The notes under the pieces are model-generated. The model saw only the letters and a list, made by a program, of their open reading frames with translations. It was not told the DNA's origin and made no database searches. This document shows positions 39,281 to 48,379 of a stretch of DNA of 64,000 bases, piece by piece (the first letter of the stretch is position 1; each line of letters opens with the position of its first letter). The stretch is from Myxococcota bacterium (GTDB taxonomy: Bacteria; Myxococcota_A; UBA9160; UBA4427), in NCBI GenBank assembly GCA_965250285.1, contig OZ252299.1:864001-928000 (forward strand), read 5' to 3'. The position numbers were made by a program, and so were the translations under genes.

Positions 39281-40378
39281 TCACGGGCAGGGCGATGTAC
39301 CCGCGCAGGCGAGACCCGACGGCCCCGGGAGTTCGTAGCCGTCGCGCAAAGACGAGAAAATCAAACTGATCTCATCGTGACTGATCGCACCATCGCAGTC
39401 GTAGAAGTCGTAGACGCTCTCGCCCGCTGTCCCGCGTACGTTCCAGAGCAGGAAGAAGTCTGCGAGACTGACCGCGCCATCATTGTCGAAGTCCCTGTCG
39501 CAGGGGGTTCCGTAGCCGTCCGCGTCTGCGTCTTCCTGATCGTCGCAGAGCCTCGTCCCCGCCAGTGGACCGTTCGGTCGGACGAGACAATTGTCGTCGA
39601 CATCGAGCACGCCGTCTGCGTCGAGGTCGCCCGGCAGCGAGGCCTCGGTGGGCGCAGACACCGCCGCACCGAAGAGCACGAGGGCGACGACAGCGAACCG
39701 GGTACTTGCCTCGGGCAGCAGACGTCGCCCCGAGACTGCGATCCCGCCGGCGAGCAGCACGAGCGCAAGCGTCCCGAGCATGGGCACCGCGGCGGCATTC
39801 ACGAAGATCGAGCTACCCGCATCGATCGTTCCCGAGATGTCGACCAGGCTGCTGTTCTGGCCCGAGCCGACCGCCACGATGTTGCCATCGCGATCGACGG
39901 CGAGGCCGATCTCACCCGAGCCGATGCCGATCGGCTTGAAGGCGACCGTGGCGATCACGACGTCGCTGGCGGTCTCGTTCTGCGAGGGAAGGAAACTCCA
40001 CCACATGAAGTCGATGTTCACCTGGTCGTTCGCCAGCGGCCAAGGCAGTGGTTCACCGGGGTGCGGCCAGGCGGGAGACCGGAGGTCTGTCGGCGGCGCC
40101 TTCCCGGCCCCGGGGTGGTAGAGAATGTACTCGGGCATCGATGACGATTCGGGCGCGTATTCGAGCACGTCAGGCGGATACACGACGGCCACCGACAGCA
40201 GCGAGAGCCCGGTATCTCCCTCGGTGTCGATGTGCACATCGACGGTGATTTCCTCACCGAGCTCGAGCACGCCCCCCGTGTAGTCCGTGCTCAGCCATAG
40301 GCGATACGCCGCTGCTGGCGAGGCGACGAACGCAGTGAGACACACGATGGCGAGAATCGATCCGGGGCGCTTGATCAC
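39281..40378 (-). CDS. Secreted bipartite protein: cohesin-like domain, internal IPTL-like sorting signal, second signal peptide, TSP3/dockerin-like domain
   Basis: GTG start with signal peptide ending PAAA; GEEITVDVHID..LSVAVVYPPDVLEY; VPMLGTLALVLLAGGIAVSGRR; RFAVVALVLFGAAVSAPTEA; DLDADGVLDVDDNC..DADADGYG..CDRDFDNDGAVSLADF. Confidence 0.8.
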   Translation of the reverse strand: MIKRPGSILAIVCLTAFVASPAAAYRLWLSTDYTGGVLELGEEITVDVHIDTEGDTGLSLLSVAVVYPPDVLEYAPESSSMPEYILYHPGAGKAPPTDLRSPAWPHPGEPLPWPLANDQVNIDFMWWSFLPSQNETASDVVIATVAFKPIGIGSGEIGLAVDRDGNIVAVGSGQNSSLVDISGTIDAGSSIFVNAAAVPMLGTLALVLLAGGIAVSGRRLLPEASTRFAVVALVLFGAAVSAPTEASLPGDLDADGVLDVDDNCLVRPNGPLAGTRLCDDQEDADADGYGTPCDRDFDNDGAVSLADFFLLWNVRGTAGESVYDFYDCDGAISHDEISLIFSSLRDGYELPGPSGLACAGTSPCP

Positions 40379-40408
40379 GATCCATCCCTTTCGAGGTCGA
40401 AGCGGCTT

Positions 40409-40843
40409 GTGGCTGCATCGTATGATGGAGTCCGCTTCGAAATCGAGTTCAGACTGCAGGGGGATGCGATTCTCGTCGGTGCCGCGGCCAGGCTCGACCC
40501 GCTCTACGGGGTGCCCGTGGGAGGCGGCGTGCTCGACTGGCTCGTGGAGACCGAGGTGCCCGCGGTCGGGACACTCTTCTTCGGCGGCAACGCGTATACG
40601 TTCGACGTGACCGTCGCGACCGTTTCCGAGGCCTTCTAGGCCTCGAGCCCTGGGCGCGCCACGTACCGGGGGCAGCTCACGATCGATGCGGACCGGCTGA
40701 TCCCCGCGGAGTTCAACGAAGGCGGCGTCGACGATCAATCGAGTGTGCCTGTCGGCTGGACCGCCACTGTCCCCGAACCTTCGACGGCCTTGCTCGTGGG
40801 GTTGGGTCTGCTCGGTGTTGCGGTCGCGCGACGACGTCTCTGA
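40409..40843 (+). pseudogene. PEP-CTERM pseudogene (5'-truncated, in-frame TAG)
   Basis: The frame from 40409 stops at TAG 40637-40639 but continues in frame to VPEPSTALLVGLGLLGVAVARRRL-TGA at 40843; no signal peptide. Confidence 0.8.
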
Positions 40844-40920
40844 CGCGACGCCCTGGGCGCGTCGCGGCTAGGACGAACAAGACCCGTTTGCTGCTCCAGG
40901 TCCGATAAGCAATCGCTATG

Positions 40921-41538
40921 TCAAGTCACGAGGCGAGGGGGAGAGGCCCCGTTCCCGGGGCCGTCCGAGCCGTTCTTCGTGCTCTTGACGCCGGTCACCT
41001 GCGCGTTCTCGCCGACGATGACCCCCGCCCCGCCATTCCATCGTACGCGCAGATGCTCGACGGTGGCGCCATCGCCGAGGTTCAGACCATCGGCTCCCAT
41101 CGCGACGATGCTCCCGTTGCGAACGGTGTGTTCGGCCTGCGCGGATTCGATGCCGTAGCCCGCCCCCGCGAGCGGTGCGCAGCCCAGCGATTGGCACCCG
41201 AGCAGCACGATCGCGAACCCATTGAGGTCGATCGTCATCCCCGGCGCGATCAGGGTGACGCCGCTGGTGTTGCGACTGGGCACGACGAGGTCACTCGTCA
41301 GCACATAGCTCTTGCCGCTGGTCGCGTTCAGTGTGACCGGGTAGCCGGGGGCGTCGCTCGGGGTGCATCCTGGCCCCGTCGCGCAGGCGTGGTTGATCTC
41401 GATACGGTCGTCGCCGGCATGCGCCGTGCCGGCGACCCCAAGCGCCACGGCCATGCACAGCCACGGGGCAAGCCGCGCGGGCTTCCGGCACGGTCGGCGG
41501 ACTCCAACTCGATCGGGGGTCGGAGGATGGATCGCCAT
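40921..41538 (-). CDS. Secreted right-handed beta-helix protein, possibly C-terminally truncated
   Basis: GGAGAGGAG RBS; signal peptide ending AHA; SYVLTSDLVV, TIDLNGFAI, VRNGSI, NGGAGVIVG; the pattern stops abruptly. Confidence 0.7.
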   Translation of the reverse strand: MAIHPPTPDRVGVRRPCRKPARLAPWLCMAVALGVAGTAHAGDDRIEINHACATGPGCTPSDAPGYPVTLNATSGKSYVLTSDLVVPSRNTSGVTLIAPGMTIDLNGFAIVLLGCQSLGCAPLAGAGYGIESAQAEHTVRNGSIVAMGADGLNLGDGATVEHLRVRWNGGAGVIVGENAQVTGVKSTKNGSDGPGNGASPPRLVT

Positions 41539-41809
41539 CTGAGCATCTCCTCTCCACGCGTGTGTCGCGTGGGTGTCGGCGGTGGCCGCCGCGACGCTGC
41601 GCGCGCGGCCGGGGCCGATCGGGGTCTGCTCATTCTGGCAGGGGAGCGAGCGTTCGCGGGCGCGTGACCTCATTGGTCATCGATTGGTCATCGATCGTTC
41701 AGGGTTCGCACGTGTGCAATTGCTCAGGTCGAGCGCGAAGCGGCTGGAAGCGTCGTTCGGGGTCGCCGGCACTGGGTGGGTGCGATGACAGCCCGGGTGC
41801 CGGGACCGG

Positions 41810-41902
41810 TCAGAACCTGTACATCGCACCCACGCCGAACGTGATGTTGCACTTCCAGCCTTCTTCGACGTCAACCGCGTAGCCATGCCGAAGTGCGACG
41901 TT
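41810..41902 (-). pseudogene. Possible C-terminal remnant of an outer-membrane beta-barrel gene
   Basis: NVALRHGYAVDVEEGWKCNITFGVGAMYRF-stop; alternating final beta-strand ending in Y-x-F. Confidence 0.4.
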
Positions 41903-42247
41903 GCGCGGGGCAGAGTGCCTGCGTCGGGAGCCCCGCGTCCACAGTGTCGGATGGCCGACGCCCGCCACGGCGTCGCGCGTCTGCGGCGCCCGTGCTGGCC
42001 TGGCTTGGCGTGCGGTCGCCACGGCCTCGTCGCCGCGGTCTCGGGTCACGCCGTGCGCGACCCGCGACACAGGGCCAGCACGCTTGCAGTGCGATCTCGA
42101 TGACGGGGCGTCGGCTTGCTGACGCCGCTGCGGTAGGCTCGTCCACTCGCGATGATTTCGCTGCTCTAGCAGCGCACAGGGTGCGCGCGTGGTCGATCCT
42201 GCCCGGCAAGTCTTGGTCGGGCGGGCGGGCCGGCGAGGGAGAATCCG

Positions 42248-43207
42248 GTGGTTCCCAACACGGCGCACTTGATCTGGATCGGTCCGCGCCTGCCCTTCAT
42301 CCACGCGCTCTCGATTCGTTCGGCTGCGCTGCGGGGGGGCTTCGATCGCGTCGTGCTCCACCACACCGAAGAGCTCGAGCGGGCGCCCTGGTGGGACGAC
42401 GTCTTCGGCCTGCCGGGCGTCGAGCTGCGGCGTGTCGATCCCCGGTCGTTCTTCGAAGATCTCGGCCGCGTCGGCACTGCGCTCGCGACGGCCTACGAGC
42501 GTCTGCCGGTGCTCGCCAACCGCGCCGACCTGCTGCGCGTCGGGGTGCTCTACCGCGAGGGGGGCGTCTACCTCGACACCGACGTCGTGGTGCTGCGGCC
42601 TTTGACGTCTCTGCTCGACGCGGGGATGTTCCTCGGCGCCAATCGCTCGGTCTACGCGTGGGACGCGGCCGCCGACAGGAGCATCGCCCGCTTTGTCGGT
42701 CGCAAAACGCGCTCGTTCGTGCGTCGCGTCCTCTCGCTCGTCCCGGACGGCCATCGTGTCTTCCGGCACGTCGAACATCTCTATCCAGCGAATCCGAACA
42801 CCGCGATCTGGGGCAGCCGACCGGCGCACCCTTTCGTCGCGAGGACGATCGAGGAGCTTGCCCGGCTCCTCAAGGAGGTGGATATCGAGCGTCGGCAGGA
42901 GTACAACTTCGTCGGGCCCTTCCTGGTGCAGCGGCTTCTCATCGAGTCGCCCCCCGACGATCTCGTCGTGCATCCGCCCGCGGTCTTCTACCCGCTCGGT
43001 CCGGTGATCGCGCGCCACTGGCTCAAGCCCTCGAGCGCCCGTCCGCTCGAACACGTGATCGACGAGCGCACTGTGCTCGTGCACTGGTTCGCCTCCGGCG
43101 CCCAGCGTGATCTGCAGAATTCGACGACGCCCGCGTCGATCCGCGCGAACGCCGACCGCCAGATCTTCAGCAGGCTCGCGCTCCCCTTCGTCGAGGGGAT
43201 GGCGTAG
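42248..43207 (+). CDS. GT32-like DXD glycosyltransferase (Gly_transf_sug)
   Basis: VPNTAHLIWIG, RADLLRVGVLYREGGVYLDTDV, PAHPF, VGPFL, FYPL, VHWF. Confidence 0.9.
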   Translation: MVPNTAHLIWIGPRLPFIHALSIRSAALRGGFDRVVLHHTEELERAPWWDDVFGLPGVELRRVDPRSFFEDLGRVGTALATAYERLPVLANRADLLRVGVLYREGGVYLDTDVVVLRPLTSLLDAGMFLGANRSVYAWDAAADRSIARFVGRKTRSFVRRVLSLVPDGHRVFRHVEHLYPANPNTAIWGSRPAHPFVARTIEELARLLKEVDIERRQEYNFVGPFLVQRLLIESPPDDLVVHPPAVFYPLGPVIARHWLKPSSARPLEHVIDERTVLVHWFASGAQRDLQNSTTPASIRANADRQIFSRLALPFVEGMA

Positions 43208-43216
43208 GGCGTCCGA

Positions 43217-43597
43217 TCAGAGCTGCGCGCTCTCGCACGTGGTCGCCGGCCCGTGGCGATCGCGTGACTCTGCCTCGTCGATGTGCCCGTCGAGATCGCT
43301 GCGCAGCTCGTGTATCTCGCCGGCCGCGAGCCCCTGCCCCACCAGGGTCGACGTGTAGAGCAGGGCGCCGATCAGTACGGCCAGGATCGACGCGAGCAGC
43401 ATCCACGGCCAGTGGCCGAGACTCACCTGGGCGATCGCGCACATCATGCCGAATACGGCGATCACAGTCAGGATGCCGATCGCGATCGCGGGTACGAAGA
43501 ACAAGCCCCGCTCTCGGCTCCAGCCCCGAGAAGTACTCAATTTGTCCCAGGAACGGGGCCTCTGTCCCCTCGCCTTCTGAATTGCTGCGCTCGTCAC
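43217..43597 (-). CDS. Small two-TM membrane protein (start uncertain, possibly a remnant)
   Basis: Two hydrophobic helices, FFVPAIAIGILTVIAVFGMMCAIAQ and WMLLASILAVLIGALLY, followed by GQGLAAGEIHELR. Confidence 0.5.
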   Translation of the reverse strand: MTSAAIQKARGQRPRSWDKLSTSRGWSRERGLFFVPAIAIGILTVIAVFGMMCAIAQVSLGHWPWMLLASILAVLIGALLYTSTLVGQGLAAGEIHELRSDLDGHIDEAESRDRHGPATTCESAQL

Positions 43598-43646
43598 CCC
43601 AAGGCCTTCGCTGCGAGGAAGAGCTGCCCGCCGATCCGCGCCTTCC

Positions 43647-46400
43647 TCAAACGCGGCCCGAGTGACTCCTCCGGCGGACTCCACGAAGCAGCGCCAGCAC
43701 ACCGATGGCCGTCGCAAATCCCAGCTGAATCGACGGCTCGGGCACCGGAACCACGACCAGCCCCTGCGGCTGGGCGAGTTCGCCCGCGAAAGAGACCAGC
43801 TCCTGGGAGCCGGTCTCGGGGTCGATTCGCAGAATCGAGTCTCCAAAGACGGTCGAAGTGACGAGAGAGCCGGATGCTTCCATGGCGAGGCCCGCCGCGC
43901 GATCGAGGAAGCCCCCTTCGGTCACGATCTCGGTGTCGCCCGTCGTCGGATCGAGACGCACGATGCTCGTTCCGTTGGCGACGAACAGGTCGCCCGAATC
44001 GGGCTCGATCACCATCTCGTTCGCGAAGACGAACGGTTCGCCGCTTGCAACGACGGCCGGCGCAGTCGGAAGGGGTAGTGCGGTCGGGTCGACCCGCACC
44101 ACGCTGTCTCCGCTGACGTTGATGCCCACGACGTCTGTCGAGGCGAAGATGTCGCCCGACACGGGATCGACCACCAGCTTCTGAAGACCAAGCCAGCGGC
44201 TCTCGCCGAGCGGCGCACCCGGATCCTGACTGTTCCGGCCGATCACGACCGTGTCTCCCGTGGTCGGGTCGACGCGTGTCAGGGGATAGGGACTCACACG
44301 GCTGCCGACGAAGATCGATCCATCGGGCCCGACTGCGACGGCCCGGGGATCGGGCAGATCGGGGCCACTCGCCACAATCGTCTGGTCACCAGTCAACAGA
44401 TCGATGTGGACGAGCAGATTGTTGCCGGCCTCAGCAACGAGCAGCCCGCCATCCGGGTCGAGCGCGATCCCGTCCGGAAACGAGAGGAGACCGCGCGCCG
44501 CCAGGACCCGTTGGTCGCCATTGTTCGGATCGATCAGAACGATCTGATCGCGGTTGGGATCGGAGACGATGATGTCGCCCGCGCGCGGAACCGGGCGAAC
44601 GACTGCCGCCGCCGAAGGTGCGATGAAGCGATCCCCACTCGTGAGCGTCGTTGCGGAACCCCCGGTGGCGAAGAACCGCAGCAGTGCGCCCTGGCCGCCT
44701 TCCGCGCCCGGGTCCGTCACGAGAATCTTGCCATCCGGTGCCAGGGCGATCCCGGTGGGCGACTCGAGCTGGTCTGCGGCCACGACGACACTCTGGTTCG
44801 AGCTCGGATTGCCGTTGTCGTACGCGTCGGGATCGATCCGGATGATGCCGCCGGTGTCGTCGAGCACGAGCAGGGTCCCGCTCGACTCGGCCACCAGGTC
44901 GACGGGAGCGGACATGTTGCCCGCGTTCCCCACGACCATCGCTCCGGACCCCTGAAGATCGAGCCGCCAAACGGTCGGCGGCGATGCCTGCAGACCGAAC
45001 ACCTGGGCGAGCCCATCGATCGCGATGCCGGTCAGACTGTCTGGGGAGCCGGGCACGGCGGTCTGCGCTCCCCCGGCGCCCGGACTGAATCGCACGAGCG
45101 ACGGTGCAAAGGAGTCGGCGAGCAGCACGTCGCCGTTCGGGAGCAGGATCAGATCCTCGGGATTGTCGAGGTTCTGGCCGCTGGTCAGCACGATCTGCTG
45201 GCCGGTCGCGCGATCGACGGAGAGGAGCGCTCCGGGATCGGTAGCGCGTCGGTCGGCGATCAGGAGCTCATTCGAATCCGGCACGGAGACGATGCCTGCA
45301 GGCTCGACGAGATCCCCACCGGACGAGACGGTCGACTGTTGTCCCGACGCGACGTCGACACCCAGCACCTCGGCTCCGCCCGAGTCGACGACGAAGACGT
45401 CCGCGTCGACGCGCCGCGAGGCGACGAGAGGGAAGAGCTCGATCGCCGAGGGCGTGACGAAGACGCCGCCCGAGCTGAGGACCATCTGATCGCCGGTCGT
45501 TGCGTCGACGCGAATCACGGCGCCGGCGCCCGCGCTGGCCGCCGGATCGAGCACGTAGAGGAAGACGGCCGCGCCATCGGTGACCAGATCGATCGGATCG
45601 ACGAGGTTGATCCCCTCCGCGACGATTCGCTGGTTGGCCTCTGGATTGATGTCGGTGAAGGTGGTGATCCGCACTTCGATCACCTTGCCGTCGGCAGAGG
45701 CCAAGGTGCCGGCGTCCGACACCATCGCGAAGTCGGCGAAGGCGCCGCGCGTCGTGACGCCCGTCGGCAAACGGAGCGCGCCGCCCTGCCCGACGAGCAG
45801 CGGCTCATCGGCGCTGTTCCGGAGGCGCAACACCTGCAGCGAGACCGGCTCGACCACGAGAGCATCTGCTTGCCGGGGGCGGCCGAAGAGCGCGAGGCGT
45901 GTGATGCCGCCTCCGGTCTGATCGAAGCGGACGGTCTGATCACCGGTCTCGGGATCGACCAGCACCGCACCCGACAGGCCATCGATGACGGTGATGAGAC
46001 CAGAGCTGCTGACGATGACATCCTCGGGCATCGCGAGTTCGTTCCCCGACGAGACGACGGCCATCGATCCGTCGGCGGGATCGATCTCGATCAGCGCTCC
46101 GATCCCGCCCGGGCCACCGCTGCGATCGGCGACATAGACGAGACCTGTCGTCGGATCGACGGAGATTCCCGACGGCTCCGACAGCGGCGGTCCCGAAGCG
46201 AGCAGCGATTGACTCCCCGTGACGCGGTCGATGACGAAGACGCTGTCCGCGCCCGCGTCCGCCACGAGCAGCTGGCCGCTCCCCGCCAGCTGGGCCTGGG
46301 CGCTCGACGGGCCGATGAGAGCCCCCATTGCGGCGAGCCCCACGACGGCGAGGAAGAGCCAGACGAGCGCCTGGAACGACCGATCGAGGTTGGTCTTCAT
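43647..46400 (-). CDS. PEP-CTERM protein with multiple NHL-type beta-propeller repeats
   Basis: Signal peptide ending AQA; many L..P.GI......L(L/Y)VAD...(L/V)..(V/I)DP.TG.Q repeats; C-terminus VPEPSIQLGFATAIGVLALLRGVRRR. Confidence 0.9.
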   Translation of the reverse strand: MKTNLDRSFQALVWLFLAVVGLAAMGALIGPSSAQAQLAGSGQLLVADAGADSVFVIDRVTGSQSLLASGPPLSEPSGISVDPTTGLVYVADRSGGPGGIGALIEIDPADGSMAVVSSGNELAMPEDVIVSSSGLITVIDGLSGAVLVDPETGDQTVRFDQTGGGITRLALFGRPRQADALVVEPVSLQVLRLRNSADEPLLVGQGGALRLPTGVTTRGAFADFAMVSDAGTLASADGKVIEVRITTFTDINPEANQRIVAEGINLVDPIDLVTDGAAVFLYVLDPAASAGAGAVIRVDATTGDQMVLSSGGVFVTPSAIELFPLVASRRVDADVFVVDSGGAEVLGVDVASGQQSTVSSGGDLVEPAGIVSVPDSNELLIADRRATDPGALLSVDRATGQQIVLTSGQNLDNPEDLILLPNGDVLLADSFAPSLVRFSPGAGGAQTAVPGSPDSLTGIAIDGLAQVFGLQASPPTVWRLDLQGSGAMVVGNAGNMSAPVDLVAESSGTLLVLDDTGGIIRIDPDAYDNGNPSSNQSVVVAADQLESPTGIALAPDGKILVTDPGAEGGQGALLRFFATGGSATTLTSGDRFIAPSAAAVVRPVPRAGDIIVSDPNRDQIVLIDPNNGDQRVLAARGLLSFPDGIALDPDGGLLVAEAGNNLLVHIDLLTGDQTIVASGPDLPDPRAVAVGPDGSIFVGSRVSPYPLTRVDPTTGDTVVIGRNSQDPGAPLGESRWLGLQKLVVDPVSGDIFASTDVVGINVSGDSVVRVDPTALPLPTAPAVVASGEPFVFANEMVIEPDSGDLFVANGTSIVRLDPTTGDTEIVTEGGFLDRAAGLAMEASGSLVTSTVFGDSILRIDPETGSQELVSFAGELAQPQGLVVVPVPEPSIQLGFATAIGVLALLRGVRRRSHSGRV

Positions 46401-46542
46401 CCTGTATCCCCCTTGGCACACGCGCCGACCGGTTCGCAGCCCGGCCTCGCGGATCGAGATCAAGCTAGGCAGGATTCGTGCTGACGGATCTGATGAATGC
46501 CTGATACCCTCCCGAGATTGCTCGTGATTTCGGGTCGCTGTC

Positions 46543-48117
46543 GTGGTGCGTGTGTTCAAATCGGCCGGTCTTCTCGTCGATCCGTCCCTTGGCGAGATTC
46601 GACGAAACGGCGAATCCCTGTCCGCCGAACGGAAGGTCTTCGAACTCCTCGTTCTCCTGCTCGAGGCCGATGGTCAGGTCGTCGAGCAGGGCGAGATCCA
46701 GGAGCGTCTCTGGCCCGATGTACGCGTCAGCCGCGACGCGCTCTACCGAGTCATCAAGGAAGCACGGGCCCTCGTCGGCGACAGCGGTGATCGCCAGCTC
46801 CTGATCCGCACCGTTCCAGGGCGGGGCATCCGCTGGATCCCGCCCATCGAAGTGGGCGCTCCCGAGCCCAGTCGAATGGACTCGGCGCTCGCGTCGATCC
46901 GAGACCTCCTGCGAGCCGGGCGCTTCCTCGACGCACGTACGCGTGCATTGGAGTGCGCGCGAGATGAAGCGCCGGATTCGACACCGAGGCATCGGGCCGA
47001 AGCCCTCGTACTCTTCGGCGCGCTCGTGCTCCACGGCCGCGTCGACCGGGATTGGATGGACCTCACCCGGCGCGTGCTGAACCAACTCGACGCCTCGGAT
47101 CACGAGCTCCGCGCCGCGCTGCTCGGCCGGCAGTCCCACCAGCTCTACTGGTCGAAGGATCCCGCGCGCAGCCGCCAGGCGCTCACCGAAGCCAGACAAG
47201 CCGCGCTGGAGGGTGGCTCCCAGTCGGCGCTGGCCTGGGTCGAGATGGGCGAACACAGCCTCCATCCTGGTCCCGAGCACTTCGAGACCAGGCGAGGTCA
47301 CGCCGAGCGTGCCCTCGCGCACGCGTTGGCGGGCGACGAGCCGCAAACCCGGGCCTGGGCACACGAGCAGGTCGCTCACAATGCGATGGAACTTGGCGAC
47401 ATCGATACCGTGGAAGCGCACGCGCAGGCCGTCGAGCTGCTGGACGAGGATCATCCACTCATCTGGCCCGGTCGGATCCGCACCATGCTGCAGCTGCACC
47501 ATGGCGACCTGCCCGCCGCTGAGCGGGCCCTGCTGCGCGAGCTCCAGAAGTGGGGAAGCGATGCCAGCGCTCAGGTCTTCCAGTACATCGGCGCGCCGCT
47601 GCTCTGGCTCCGCTTCGAGCAGGAACGCCTCCCCGAGATGCTTCCCCTGCTCCGCCAGTTCGTGGCCGCCGGGGGTGACCTACCGGTCTGGCGTCTGAGT
47701 CTCGCACGAGCAGAGCTCGAATCGGGAAATCTCGAGGGTGCCCGATCCGAGTACGAGGGCATCCTCGCCGTGGGACTCGACGAAGCGGATCACGACTTTC
47801 TCTCCCCGCTCACATTGGCGCACGCCGCCGTGCTCTGCGCCGCGTTCGAGGATCGGCCGCGGATCGCCTGGCTCGAGAAGGCGCTCTTGCCCTACCAGGG
47901 ACGACTGCTCGTCGCGCCGCGGGCCAACTTCTCACTCGGGCCCGTGGATCTCATCCTGAGCCAGCTGGCCGCCACCGACGGTCGGCCCGCCGACGCAGAG
48001 CGCCATCGCCTTCGAGGTCTCGAGCTGGCCCTGCAAACCCGATCGGCCCCGAGCGTCAGGCGAGCCGAGCAGCTCTCAGCAGCGGGCCCTCGCGTTGCGA
48101 TCGATGACCCCACGTAG
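46543..48117 (+). CDS. Winged-helix (Trans_reg_C) + TPR-like regulator, divergent from the NHL PEP-CTERM gene
   Basis: VFELLVLLL...LWPDVRVS..ALYRVIKEARALVGD...LIRTVPGRG; helical C-terminus; no Walker A. Confidence 0.85.
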   Translation: MVRVFKSAGLLVDPSLGEIRRNGESLSAERKVFELLVLLLEADGQVVEQGEIQERLWPDVRVSRDALYRVIKEARALVGDSGDRQLLIRTVPGRGIRWIPPIEVGAPEPSRMDSALASIRDLLRAGRFLDARTRALECARDEAPDSTPRHRAEALVLFGALVLHGRVDRDWMDLTRRVLNQLDASDHELRAALLGRQSHQLYWSKDPARSRQALTEARQAALEGGSQSALAWVEMGEHSLHPGPEHFETRRGHAERALAHALAGDEPQTRAWAHEQVAHNAMELGDIDTVEAHAQAVELLDEDHPLIWPGRIRTMLQLHHGDLPAAERALLRELQKWGSDASAQVFQYIGAPLLWLRFEQERLPEMLPLLRQFVAAGGDLPVWRLSLARAELESGNLEGARSEYEGILAVGLDEADHDFLSPLTLAHAAVLCAAFEDRPRIAWLEKALLPYQGRLLVAPRANFSLGPVDLILSQLAATDGRPADAERHRLRGLELALQTRSAPSVRRAEQLSAAGPRVAIDDPT

Positions 48118-48379
48118 CGAGGGCGCGATCGTCCGCGAGGACCTCGCCCGAACGAGCCTGTGGCGAAGTCGTCGACGGTCGGGGAAGCCCCCTCGTTCAT
48201 CCCGATCGACGAAGCCTTCGAGGATGGACCGGCGCAAGGGCGCGGCTTCCACGTGGGCCTGGATTGGACCTGGTAGGGGGCAGGTCTCGCCTGCGGTCGG
48301 CGGGCGCATCATGGCTTCGGGAAGAGCTCGGTTCGGCGATCGAGATGGACGAACACCCGGCGCATGCTGCGCTCTGCGA

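Noticed and set aside
40637..40639. Programmed amber readthrough (pyrrolysine or recoding)
   Set aside because: TAG is used as a normal stop by many genes here and the ORF also lacks its 5' end; a pseudogene is simpler
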